A stretch of DNA of 57,771 bases, the filler included, from Dirinaria sp. TL-2023a (Eukaryota): NCBI GenBank assembly GCA_051941275.1. It is 7 parts of 7 records of this genome, joined end to end, with 100 filler letters (N's around TTAATTAATTAA, not from the genome) between each part and the next. Parts side by side here need not be neighbours in the genome. Positions count along the whole stretch, not along the records: positions 24,820 to 32,985 come from JAVEBF010001224.1; positions 33,086 to 41,251 come from JAVEBF010001225.1; 5 more parts are not named here. The stretch is one strand, 5' to 3'. The position numbers and the translations under genes were made by a program. Positions 25,222 through 37,124 of this stretch are shown in pieces. The number at the start of each line of letters is the position of its first letter. The first letter of the stretch is position 1. The notes beneath the pieces were generated by a model. That model ran no database searches. It was given only the letters and a program-made list of their open reading frames with translations, and had not been told where the DNA came from.

Positions 25222-25506
25222 GTTGACGATTTTCTTTCGTTTGTATATGTAAAGGAGAGTTGCGGAGTCGAAGTACCTGGCCGCAGCGGAGGGGTTTGAA
25301 TATCACTGCGGCGGCTTGATAATCGTACCATGGGTCGTCTGGGTCAGCCTCGGTCCAGGCACTCTCGGCCACAACGTCATCCCGCATCTGCGGCTCGCTT
25401 AAAATTTGGGGCAAGAATACCTTAGGGTAAATAGACCACCAGCATAGAGATGGCTGCGACGGCTTTACGCATTTACCATTGTCCCTATTGCTAAATCAAG
25501 TTCATT

Positions 25507-26898
25507 ATGCCGCGTAGAAAATTGTTGGTGCTGCTTCTCCCGAGTCAGGAGGAGCTCTATTGATCTGCCTACAGTGACAAATCTACATCCACGACCTTTG
25601 CCCTTCTCAATAGACCACAAAATGACCCCAAGATCCACGATGCGTCCTCCAGCTCTATGGTATTTCAGGAGCTTGCGCCCTCGCAAGCTCATAAGATTAA
25701 ATCTCGGCGCGATTTAGAAGTAGATCTGTTTACAGATGCAGACAATACCGGTCATTTCCCAGCGATAAGAGATAATGAGGGCGAGGCTGCGGAATACGGC
25801 ATCTACTACGACGATACTGATTATGACTACATGCAGCATATGCGAGACCTTGGAAGCGGAACTGGCGATGGACAGAGCTATTTTGTTGAAGCGCCCGTCA
25901 AAAAGCAAGCCAAAGGAAAAGCAAAATTGAGACTAGAAGACGCTCTGAAGGAAGCTTCATTGGAAGATAGCATCAATAATAGCTCTTCCAACGGCGATGG
26001 CAAGCCACAGCCACTGTTTAGAGAGGATGTTTTGCCTTCCACAAGTTTAAAGCAGACCTCATACCAGGATCAGCAGGACGTGCCAGACGTGTTGGCAGGC
26101 TTTCAACCAGATATGGATCCCAGGCTACGTGAGGTGCTGGAGGCATTGGACGACGAGGCTTATGTGGACGATAAAGATGATGTCTTTGGCGAAATTGCAA
26201 GAGACAGGGAAGAGGTCAGTTTGACGGAATTTGAGGAGCAAGGTTTTGTCGAAGATCAAGATTTCATGGATGACGACGGCTGGGAGACTGATGGTACGGA
26301 GAAGCCTCCTAAGGAGTTTAGTTCTGGCAGTAGCATGCCGCCACAAGTAAATACGGAGGACGTGACCATGGCTGATGGCCCCGACCATGGGGATGGGGAC
26401 TGGATGAAGGAGTTTAGTAAATTCAAGAAAGATCACAAGGCACAAGCAGCCAGACCAAGGGTTTCAAACGCAGACCTCGACTCGTCGATCATGAATGACT
26501 CGTCCATGACCGGTGGTCGTCGGAAAAAGAGGAAAGGCGCAATGACTTCTAGCACTGGCTATTCGATGACAAGCTCGTCCCTCTTGCGCACTGAAGGTCA
26601 AACACTTCTGGATGCGCGCTTTGACCAGATCGAAGAGGACTACGCAGAGGATGCGATGGACGATGATGGTGGTGTATCGATCGTCTCAGGTCTTACCGGC
26701 GCCTCAGCTGCCTCTAGTCAAGCCCCATCCTTAGCTTCGCGATCAGATTTCGAAGGCATGATGGATGATTTCCTCGGGAGCTACTCTATGAGCGGCAAGA
26801 AGCGAGTTAAAAAAGGGGGGCCTCAAACGGGCATGGATCAGTTGGACGAGATCAGAAAGGGACTGGGACCGGCACGGGTGAAGTCACAAAAAGCGTGA
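25507..26898 (+). CDS. LTV1: Low temperature viability protein 1 (40S biogenesis/export factor)
   Basis: MPRRKF/DK with intron ~25524-25574; NRPQNDPKIHD; NEGEAAEYGIYYDDTDYDYMQHMRDL; GFQPDMDPRLREVLEALDDEAYV; YSMTSSSLLRTEGQTLLDARFD. Confidence 0.92.
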
Positions 26899-27323
26899 TA
26901 GCTCTTGGTTGCACCATGGTCTGGCGTTCTCGCATGGCTTGATCAGATATACCCCCATAATAGTGGAGAATAGACCGGGATTGAAATGGAATTGAAACGG
27001 TGTTCAAACGAACGCTGATATTTCATGATACTGAGGGCAATTTTCTTTGCTAGTAAGAACCCCAGGTAGCTACTCAGTCTCTGCCTGTGTACGACGATAC
27101 ATGATTGCACAACAGGGCCATTCGACCGTGAGAAAGTACGAGTACCTGCATATCTACAAACCTGCCCGCCAAGCCCCACCAGACCCCAATGGGAGACGAC
27201 TTATGTCGGGTCCCAAACCCCCCACCATGAAAGTCGAATAGAAGTCGAACACAATTGACTTTCTCACCATCCCAAACATCCGCATCACTTTTATCCCCAG
27301 TACATCGGCATAAGCTCACCACC

Positions 27324-28669
27324 ATGGCAGCGAACGGAGATTACGCCTTGCTCTGCCTCGAGAATCCTCTACTAGGTAAGCATCAGTGTATAGCTTGATG
27401 TAGAGCATCACGATAGCTAACCCTACGTCTCTTGACAGACATCCAAGGCAAAGGGTAAGCCATTGAGCAATCCGGACCGAAATTCAAACCATCCTAACGA
27501 ATTCCAAACACAGCGATGAAGCGATGCTAGAGAAATACGGGCTCAAACCCAACGACGCCATCCTCGCCGATGAGAAACACATGGGCCTCTATGAGGACCT
27601 TATCCAGAACCACGACGCCAAACTGATCGCAGGCGGCGCCGCACAAAACACCGCCCGCGGCGCACAGTACATCCTGCCGCCCAACTCGGTCCTCTACGTC
27701 GGCTGCGTCGGCGACGACCATTACGCCCAACTGCTGCGCGACGCCTGCGCCCAAGCCGGTCTCCGCACCGAGTACCTCACCTCGCCGGCCAACAACCCCA
27801 CGGGCCGCTGCGGCGTCATCATCACCGGCCCGTCACGCAGCCTGTGCACGCATCTCGCGGCCGCGAACGATTACCAGCTCTCGCACCTGAAGTCGGCCAA
27901 GGTGTGGGCGCTGGTGCAGCAAGCGCGGGTCTACTACGTCGGGGGCTACCACCTGACGGTGAGCCCGGAGGCGGCGCTGGCGCTGGCGCAAGAAGCGGCC
28001 ACGAACGACAAAGTCTTCGTCCTCAGCCTGAGCGCCCCGTTCATCCCCACCGCGTTCAAGAAGCAGGTCGACGACACGAGCCCCTACTGGGATTACGTGA
28101 TCGGCAACGAGACCGAAGCGCGGTGCTGGGCCGAGGCGCACGACGACGTGCAGGAGAAGCAGGATGTGAAAGCCATCGCGCGGACGTTGGCCGACTTGCC
28201 CAAGGCGAACGAGAAGAGGAAGAGAGTGGCTATCGTCACGCAGGGGACGGAGGAGACGGTGGTGGCGGTGCAGGGCGAGAGCGACGTGAAGAGCATCGGG
28301 ATCAGGACCGTGCAGAGCAGCGAGATCTGTGATACGAACGGTGCCGGGTGAGCTTTCCTTTTCCTCTTCTTCATCCCAACCCATCCTTTTCGAAACACGC
28401 ATTACTAATCGCAGCTAAAACCCCCTTCTTCCAGAGACGCATTCGCAGGCGGCTTCGTCGCGGGGATCGTGCAAGGCAAATCGCTCGAGGAATCGGTCGA
28501 CATGGGCCACTGGCTGGCGAGTCTGAGTATCAAGGAACTGGGTCCCTCGTACGTGACATTAACCCCCCCAAACCCCCTCTTCCTAAATCCCACAATCTAA
28601 CAACCTCTTCCGCAACATAGCTACCCCTTTCCGAAGCAGACATACCAACGCTTCATCCCCCTCTCCTAA
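27324..28669 (+). CDS. ADO1: Adenosine kinase (PfkB family), 5 exons
   Basis: LLCLENPLLDI; AGGAAQNTARGAQY; TGRCGVII; SLCTHLAAAN; IGNETEA; DTNGAGDAFAGGF; GT-AG introns 27376-27438, 27455-27513, 28348-28434, 28549-28620. Confidence 0.95.
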
Positions 28670-29529
28670 AACCCAAACAACAAAAAAAAAAATACCATCA
28701 CCAAAATCATACTCGCCACAATTATGCTTTGCATATATCTAGCGTGGCGTTTTGGTTTCAACAACTGAAAACATGGGGTTTCAACAACGAAAAAAAAGAA
28801 TATGTCGCCGGTTTTTCTTTTTTTTTTTTTGTTTTTTTTTTTTTTTTTTGTGTTAAAGCATAGATAGCGTGGAACCTAGAAATACCTAACTTAACGTGAT
28901 GGATGGGAGGGGGTAAAAAGGATTCTGGTCTGTTTTTTAACAAAATTACCTACTACCCTACCTATGGATGGATGGATGGATAGCGATAGAGCTAGAAAGA
29001 AAGAATGAACAATAAATCTTTGGAATTGTAGAAAAAAAAATTTTTTGGTGATTTTTCATGAGTGAAATTGAAGGATTGGCAATCCGACGACCGAGCCGTC
29101 ACGCATAAAAATTTCCTTGCTCTCACAGCTAGCAATCTCATTCGACGATTCTGAACACCATCAAAAACAGTGACTTAAGCAAGAAAAATTTCGATTTTTT
29201 GGGCTCATGTTCTCTAAGCTACTGTAAGGCTAAAGCAACAATCGGTAATGGGGGATATCCACAACACCTGATGATCCTACTACTGCCTCTGCTGCTGCTG
29301 CTGCTAACGATATGAACATGAACAAGAAGAAGAAGAAAAAAAAAACAGGTGCTTGATACAAAGAGTGAGAGACATTGGCTCGGTGTCCCTAAGTAGTGCT
29401 GGACAATTGCCGAACACTAGGTATGCAAGTTGATGAACGAATGGTTGTACAATCTAATCTCCACCCCTTCTTCTGACCCTTACTATCGTCGAAAGCTGTC
29501 CCATCAACTCCGAAATTCTCTGGTTTGCA

Positions 29530-32232
29530 TCATGTATGGCGGAAACCCACGCCGTCGGTGATGGACCCGCGACGGTCATCGTTCCAGATCGAAGGCTGGT
29601 TTCTCGGCGAGTGCGTTGTGCGTCCGCGAACCTGAACCGGATAGAAGCCGATGCTACTCGGCTCTGCGAGGCTGCTCATGCTGAAATCGATGACGTGGTA
29701 GTTGTTGGTTTGGCGCGGTTGCTGAGGGTTGTTGGCCTGCTGCGGAGCGAATGGAGAGTTGAGAATGCTAGGTAGCCGTAGCTGAGGAGACGCTTCCAAT
29801 GACGAGGAGCGGTTGGAAAGGTTACGGGCAAGCTCCTGCGCGGTCGCTGTTCCAATGACACCGTAGCTGGTTTCGCTCCCGTTGACTTTGTCGGCGCTCC
29901 TGCGACAATTCTTTGGCGGTGTACCTATGGGACCGTAATCGACGTATGGCTCTGGCGGCGGAGTATGGGTTATCCCATGATTTGACAGCCTCGGCGCACC
30001 ATTGGACCCACTAGAGTTAGTCTTAGTCGGGACGATGTTCGATGATTCGGACCCGACGAGATCGTTGACCATGTTCTCCATAGCGGGATTTCTAGTCACG
30101 GAAGACGATCGGGAAGAAGAATGGCGAGAAATGACATCCTCTAAATAAGCCAAGGCGTAGGCATTGAATTGACGTGGGCCTGTGGCTACCCGGTCTGGAT
30201 TGCTACGGGCGTCGACGTCGGGTACAGCCGGCTGCTGATGGTTTGGAAGCGCTGTTGGCACTGATGTACCTGCCTGCTCCCGGAAGACAAAGGCGGATTC
30301 ACCGACAAGGTCGATTGGGACATCCTAGGTGGTGTTATTAAGACGGCGCAATCATGCAAAAGGACCAAGCTGACTTACATCTGCAATAGCAAGTTCCACG
30401 CCATCAGTCAAGAGATCCCGGATTCTGCCTAGCATCTCTTTTGAAGGATGGTGTCTTGCAATGCTTTGAACATGGAAATTCGGCTTGAGGGTTCTTGAGC
30501 TCTGATCATAGTACCGACGAGCAGTCTTGTCATGGTCAAAAGCCTTGAAGGCAATGGTGTCTTCGTCTTCTTCTAGAAGGTACTCGATTGTCGGCAAGGT
30601 CTCTGCATCGAATTCAGACGCTAGAACGGTCAAGGTATTGGCATAGGCCCTGAAGAAGCCCGTGATGTCTTTTTCAAGTTTAGAATTGCTCATCTCTGCC
30701 ATGACAAGCTCATAATTAGAAATTAGCCAGGAGCTGTAATGACGACAGATTGGAAGGATGCGGCGTTCGATAACGCTGAACCGTATTGTTCCCTGTGCTG
30801 CTTTACTACCATATCTCGGAGGGGACTCTTCATGCGAGGATGCTTCAAACTCGGCTCGTAAGATATCCAGGAAAATTGTAAAAGTCCTAATGTTGAGCCG
30901 TAGAAAAGACAAGAAAGCATACATGGTGCTGAAGTCTTGTGTTTCATTCTGGCGTCGAGAAGCATCTGTGGAGCTTGTTAGCGACTTGTAGTAAACAGCC
31001 CTTTCCCCAATTTTACCTTGAAAGCGGACACCGGCGTCATATTGCGCCGCTATATTGATGAGCACAATCTTGCTGAGAGTGCTTTCCGCTGATCCCTTTG
31101 TTAAGTAATGCGCAAGCTGGCTTAGCACCTCGCGCTCAACATCGTCGTTGCGAGAAAGATTCCCGACCTTGTAAGAGCGAGCATGAAGAAGTAAGAGTTG
31201 AGAGATCATAGCCCGCTCGAATCCGTGACCGTCGAACGCATCAAGCTCGCCTTTTTCCAGCGCTGCAGCGATCCTCTGGAACTCCTTTTCAAGATTTTCT
31301 CGCGCATTTGGATGAGGCTCTTCTACGGCTAGGGACCGGTAGAGATGGTAAGTTGCGCGGAGGTGGGAACCAGAATGCCGAGCAACGACTGCCAACTGAT
31401 GGTGGGACGTGCCAGAAGCAGGGTAAATGGCTCCTGCAAGATCATAGTATCCAACTGCTGGGCCCCAGTTCGGCGTCTTTCTCTCAAACTGCATCTCACG
31501 GTAGCGAGAGAGATCGCCGAGGCGGATAAGGGTGTCATGCGCGGAAAGTCGGATCACTTGATGCTCACTGCTCTCTGCCGATGAGACTATAACGGATAGC
31601 TTAGAATATGATAAAGAAAATGCCGGACACAATGATGCACTCACCGTTCAACTTGGTCAACTTGTGATTCAAGGCCAGTGCTTGTAGCTCAGGAATGTCT
31701 CCGTGGAGTTTCGTCAGGGTCTGGATGAAGCAGCGATAGAAACGCTGGCTCTCCTTGATCCACGTCAAATACCGTTTCGCTATCTTTCGATACTCTACAA
31801 CATCTGGAGCATTCTGGGCGTTGCGATACTAGTGAAGCCGAAAATCAGCTTGAAACCCTGAGTGACCTCGCAATCTCATCACTTACCATGCGCATGAGCT
31901 TTTTGAAGCGATAGTTGACTTTGACATGGGCATCCCACAGCTTCTGCTCTACAAATTGGCGTTGCGCGTATGTTACATCGTGGAAAATGACCTGAGCGCA
32001 TGCGTTGCGGTAGCTGAGGAAGTCAGAAGCGCCAGAAGCAACATCACGAATAGTACGTACTGGCTCATGTAGTGCAGGAGATCTGGATGGATTACATCCA
32101 GGGGCGCAAGAGCTGCCAGCAGCTCTTTCTCGGCTTGCTTCATCTCCCTGCGCGCTGTCAGCTCCAAACTCAGCAGAATAGGCAAGCTCAGAGCGCCACA
32201 TACATTGTCTTCTGCTCATTGATCGTAGCCAT
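29530..32232 (-). CDS. Est1/Ebs1/SMG5-7-like protein (Est1 DNA/RNA-binding TPR region), multi-exon
   Basis: VEQKLWDAH, FYRCFIQ, LIRLGDLSRYRE, WGPAVGYYDLAGAIYPASGTSHHQLAVVA, LYRSLAVEEPHPNARENL, YLLEEDEDTIAF; low-complexity C-terminal exon. ATG and exon boundaries are inferred from splice signals. Confidence 0.82.
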
Positions 32233-32862
32233 TACGGGCGTGTTGTAGAATGCGAGTATATAGTTACGACCCCACGGTCATCAGCACGGTTAGATATGGG
32301 AAGTGAAATGGAAGAGAGAGAAAAGAATCAGCGTTAAATACTGATCCATGGCTACTGATCAGAGCGGCGCTACTTCAGTGAATGAAGTGGCTGTGTGAGT
32401 CAATAGACTAGGAGGGCGCTTAATCCCAATAGAAAAAGGGTGAGGTCCGATGTTAGTGTTGAAGGTGAATGAAGACAATACCTTTTCGAGACGATGTGAA
32501 TACAGGAACCCCACCGGAGCGGCGCCAAGCCCGGACATAGTGTTATCACCGGACGAGTGTATTCCATACAGTGGAAGTGACTGCGGAGCATGTGACTTGC
32601 GCCAAGACCTGACATACATACTCCGTAGTAAGGTAGGTATGATAGGTACTTTAAAGATTGAATTTATTGTCTGAGCATATGTAAGATAGGGAACTCGAGA
32701 TAATTCCGGCTCGAACTCAACTACAGTAGCTGCTCAGACCCCGTGAGGAAAGGTCTCACAAAGTCCCTCATTCCCTCCACACCACAAAGCGACGGAATCA
32801 GGAACTGCAATGCAGTAGTATCAAAGCAAGTATCACCAAATCCTACAACCACGACAATAATA

Positions 32863-32985
32863 ATGCCGAAACGCTCACGATCAGAATCTTCCTCTTTGCT
32901 ACCGAATCCCTCCTCTTCCTCCTCCTCCTCCTCTCCCAACCTCCCAACCCACTCCACAAAATACATCCAAACCTCACCCTCCCCC
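32863..32985 (+). CDS. Probable 5' end of a gene truncated by contig edge (unknown product)
   Basis: ATAATG start context; MPKRSRS... Ser/Pro-rich frame open up to the linker. Confidence 0.3.
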
Positions 32986-33085
32986 NNNNNNNNNNNNNNN
33001 NNNNNNNNNNNNNNNNNNNNNNNNNNNNNTTAATTAATTAANNNNNNNNNNNNNNNNNNNNNNNNNNNNNNNNNNNNNNNNNNNN
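32986..33085. other. Artificial contig linker
   Basis: N44-TTAATTAATTAA-N44. Confidence 0.99.
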
Positions 33086-35297
33086 ACCTAGAACAGCACG
33101 TGAATCATGTCAGTCAAGTTCTGAAAAAACTTGAGAGGGACATGAAAATCAAACTAAAGAAGTGTGAATTTCATCGAAAGGAAATCGATTTTCTGAGCTT
33201 CATTATCGGACGAAACGGAATTCGCATTGACTCTAGCAAGCTGCAAGTAGTTAAAGAATGATCAACGTCGACGAATGTGAAAAAAGTACAGTTCTTTCTA
33301 GAATTCGCAAACTACAATCGAAAGTTCATACGAGATTATTCGAAAATCGCGATATCTTTAATTAGACTCACTGCGAAGGAGACTGCATGAACTTGAGACG
33401 CGAACGAACAAAAAACATTCGATCATTTGAGAGCAGTCTATCTAGAGAAATCTATACTCAGGATGTTTGATAAAACGAAATCAATACGAATCGAAATCGA
33501 TGCATCGGATCTAGTCATAAAAGTCTGTCTATGTCAGAAGAAACGAGGGAAATGACATTCAGTGACATACTTCTCGAGAAAATTGTCATCGACTGAACAA
33601 AACTACGACATACACGATAAAGAGTTGCTAGCGATTGTAGCATTCTTAGAAATCTGAAAAGTCTATGCTGAAGAAGCATCTGATCTCGAGATACTAACGA
33701 ATCATAAGAATCTGCTACACTTTACAACAACTAAGCAGCTAAACAAAAGACAGATCAGATGATCGAAACTTCTTGAACAATACAAGTTCATCATAAGATA
33801 CATCTCAGGCAGAGAAAACGACAGAGCAGACGCATTAAGTCGAAGAAGCGACTATATGAAGAAAAAGACAGAGTTCAATCACAGCATTTTGAAAGTGAAT
33901 CAGAATGAATCACTATCAGCAAATAGAGTACAGAAGTTAAATGCGACACTGCGCATACTCAGAGACGATCAAGAGCAATATTTTATAGAGAAGAGAAAAT
34001 TGCAAATATCAGCACACAAGATTGAAGATTGCATAAAGAAATATCACGATGATTTTCTGCAGAGACATTCGAGAATATTCAAAACGATACAGCTTTTACG
34101 ACGAGATTGTCAGTTAGAGTTATGAGGCAAAAGATCGAAACATACGTCAAACGATGCTCTAGCTGTCAGAAGAATAAGCATGCGATTCATGCTAAATACG
34201 AAGAAATTCAATATCAAGAATCACCAACGACATCATGAGAGAAAGTTACGATGAATTTCATCATCAAATTGTCAAAATCGAAGAATTCATTTACAGAAGA
34301 AATATACGACTTTATACTGATAATAATGAATCGACTGACAAAGTACTCACATCTCATACTCTTTAAAGAAATCTATTCCGCGAAACAGCTAGAATATGTT
34401 GCGTTAAATCGACTAATTCGATATCACGATATATTAAAAAGAATGACAAACGATAAAGACAAACTATTTCGCTTCAACTACTGAAAAACATTCACAGCAA
34501 TGTTAGAGATCAAGTTACGATTATCAACGATCTATCATTCAGAAATCGATGATCAGACGAAGAGAATGAATCAAAATCTAAAACAGTACTTGCGACACTA
34601 TGTGAATAACACACATAGCAATTGGATATCGTTGTTGTCAATGACATAATTGACACTGAGTTCAAAGCACTTCGACACTACGAAAACGACTTCATTCTTT
34701 GCAAATTATGACAAGAAATCAAATCTATTCGCACATCAAAAACCTCAGGTGTTAGCGGATGCAGCAGAAAAAAGAGTTGAGACACTTAAAAAAGTGCATG
34801 AAAACATTGTTAAGATGCAGAATCGATCATCCTCATACTTAAACAAGAAAAGAAAAATGATGCCTCAGTTAAAAGAGAGAGATAAGGTCTATCTACTGAT
34901 CAAAAATCTGAAAACGAAGAAATCGAGCAAGAAACTTGATCATGTCAAGATCGAATCATTTTTCATCAAACAAATCAAAGAATCAGTAACGTTTGAACTG
35001 AATTTATCGAAGAACGCACGAATTCACAACGTGTTTCATATGTCATTATTGAAATCAGTCGACCTCATTACGTCTATACAGGACATCTTCTTCTTTGAAT
35101 CACAGAAAGACGACGAGTTTGAAATTGAAAAGATACTGAAGCAGAGAGATCAGAAATATTTGATCAAGTGAAAAGAGTGGTCTACAGAGAACAACACGTG
35201 GGAATCACTCAGGAATCTTGAAAACTGCCGACAGACGTTGCAGCAGTTTCGAAAAGAACAGATATCGACCAAAAGTCATCGGGAAGTTCGTCCATAG
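33086..35297 (+). pseudogene. pol: pol (RT C-terminus, RNase H, integrase, chromodomain) with many TGA stops and a frameshift near 34120
   Basis: [58 protein letters not shown] zinc finger ending CSSC; NRLTKYSH; HSEIDDQTKRMNQ (= HPETDGQTERxNQ); IHNVFHMSLLK; chromodomain EFEIEKIL...YLIK*KEW...NTWE. Confidence 0.92.
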
Positions 35298-35768
35298 CAT
35301 CTCAGGTGTGCGGCGACAGACTGAGAACCAGAGCATTTGACGAGCTCTGTAAATCAGAGTTTTCTAAATCTTCAACTCTTCAGTGTTCTTCTTCTCGATC
35401 GACACCGCGTCATCGATGCGATCATTCAGAAAATTCATTTGTTGACGACGACGCATCTTTTTGACAAAGACAACGTTTAAATTCGCACGAGCTTTCTTCT
35501 GCGCCTCATACGCTTTCTTTATGCTTTGACGAAGCTTTGTTTTTTTCATCTTCAAACGCTCTCACTCGAATTGCGTTATGCGAATGTCGCAGCGTTGATC
35601 GCGACGAAGACACTCACTACATTTGTCGAAGCGAATGTGCATCTTGCAGTTGCGAGAATGTTTGACACAGATGAAGCACTTCTTAATCATTTTGTCATCG
35701 TGGAGCTTGATATAGTCTGCTAATAAGTGGCGACGAACGATGCTGAACTCGAGTTTACGAGTTGGCAT
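35209..35768 (-). pseudogene. Antisense accessory gene of the retrotransposon: Zn(II)2Cys6-pattern domain + coiled coil + acidic tail (mutated)
   Basis: CFICVKHSRNCKMHIRFDKCSECLRRDQRC = C-x2-C-x6-C-x8-C-x2-C-x6-C. The same frame continues past a TGA (E*ERL) into a helical K/E/R-rich region; after one inferred frameshift near 35370 comes LSPHT*DAMDELPDDFW. TATA-like element at ~35810-35816. Confidence 0.7.
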
Positions 35769-35850
35769 GACGGAAGGTCATGAACAAGGTTTTGAGAGGC
35801 AGAGAGCGCTATATAAGTCTCGGGACGACGCTAGTCTAAGAAAAGGATGA

Positions 35851-36249
35851 TGTTACGACCTCGATCTAACATCTAGGATTAGTAGAGGGTAGAAACTGAT
35901 CAGTGAACTCTGGGCTTAATCAGTACTAAGCAAGAGGACTTGACACTGAGCAATGCTCAGTTGATCAGTAGTGCTCAGTACATTGAGCAACTGAGCAGGA
36001 CTGAGCAAGAGATCTTGGCAGTCCTGAGCGAGGTGTATATAGAGTTCCAACACGACGCCCTTCTGACATCGTGTTCAATCTCAGTTAACTTGTCTACTAC
36101 TGTTACAAGTACTAAGTACCTACCTTGTGTGATACTTGCCCTATCACGTTGACACCTGTTGCTCCTGGACTGGACCTCTCCAACAGACCAAACCCTAGCA
36201 TCTCTTATTAGATACCTGGAAACCTAGGTTGATAGTAGAAGACGCAACA
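35851..36249 (+). repeat. 3' long terminal repeat (right end uncertain: 36249 or 36273/36276)
   Basis: Follows the PPT. TGTTACG...CGCAACA imperfect terminal inverted repeat, or alternatively TGATGTTA 35848...TAACATCA 36276; internal TATATAG at 36036. No second LTR in the window to confirm. Confidence 0.6.
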
Positions 36250-36542
36250 AGATGCAACGAAGAACGACTAACATCACAGATGTGAGGAAGCTGCTCGATA
36301 GCGTCACTAATGTCACAGCGACGATACGCATGATTTTATTCACTGATTTACTCAGTCAGTTTCAGACGACTGCTCTTCCTTCACACTCTTAGACTCATAG
36401 AGTTCTCGCACGAAGGATTTTCTAGTATTATGAATAGAGAAAACTGCACGTAACAAGGAAAGAGTCGACGCAGCGCTGACGCGCCGCCGATATAAGTATA
36501 TAGATCTCGCATAGACCCCTTGTGGGTGTTGAATCGAGTAAG

Positions 36543-36572
<30 letters not shown>
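36250..36572 (+). mobile_element. Non-LTR (LINE, Tad-like) 3' end remnant with poly(A) tail
   Basis: Frame TDVRKLLDS...IRMILFTDLLSQFQ resembles the TGLLGQF C-terminus of Tad-clade ORF2; stop, short 3' UTR, then an A-tract at ~36547-36572. Confidence 0.55.
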
Positions 36573-36573
<1 letters not shown>

Positions 36574-37124
36574 TAATTTTTTCATGACAAAAGTCTCGAT
36601 GATATTAAAAACTTAACTACATCAATTCAGCGATTTAATTGTCGATTTTATTACATGAGTATTCAATTTAAAGCGTAACAGACACTTTAAATCTACATTT
36701 CTCGTAAAAATCTCGAGATAATCTCGAACATTTTTTTAGTCAAAAGTCGAAAAAATCTCTCAAACTCGAGAAATTAACTATTTTACATATTTTCTCAAAC
36801 ACGTTGTTCTATACGTTATGCTCTAAAATGCATGCTTTTTACAACAAACGGAGTATCGAACGACTTATGTTCTAAATTTGAGACAGATCGTAAAGGAGAA
36901 AGGAGATAGAGGGATGGGAAAGAAGGGATGTGACAATAGAAAAGAGGTTTGAGAACGTAGCGGGATCTTTTATTAACAATCGACTCATCTTTTATGTAGA
37001 AGTGTCAAAGTCTAATTCTCAGTCAAAAAAAAAGTAAAGAAATTTCTATTTCTAGCAAGGTATAAGAAAGATCATGTTCTGGATTCTCATTTTGGATTGA
37101 CGAGCTGTATCTAGATTATCCTAT

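Larger units (their letters stand above)
33086..36249 (+). mobile_element. Ty3/Gypsy chromovirus LTR retrotransposon, 3' half, inactivated by RIP-like mutation
   Basis: Order RT end, RNase H, integrase, chromodomain, then purine tract AAGAAAAGGA (35838-35847) and an LTR beginning TGTTACG (35851). Confidence 0.92.

Noticed and set aside
27527..28593. Several long overlapping ORFs on both strands over ADO1
   Set aside because: Shadow frames caused by high GC3 in a conserved gene; no independent motifs.
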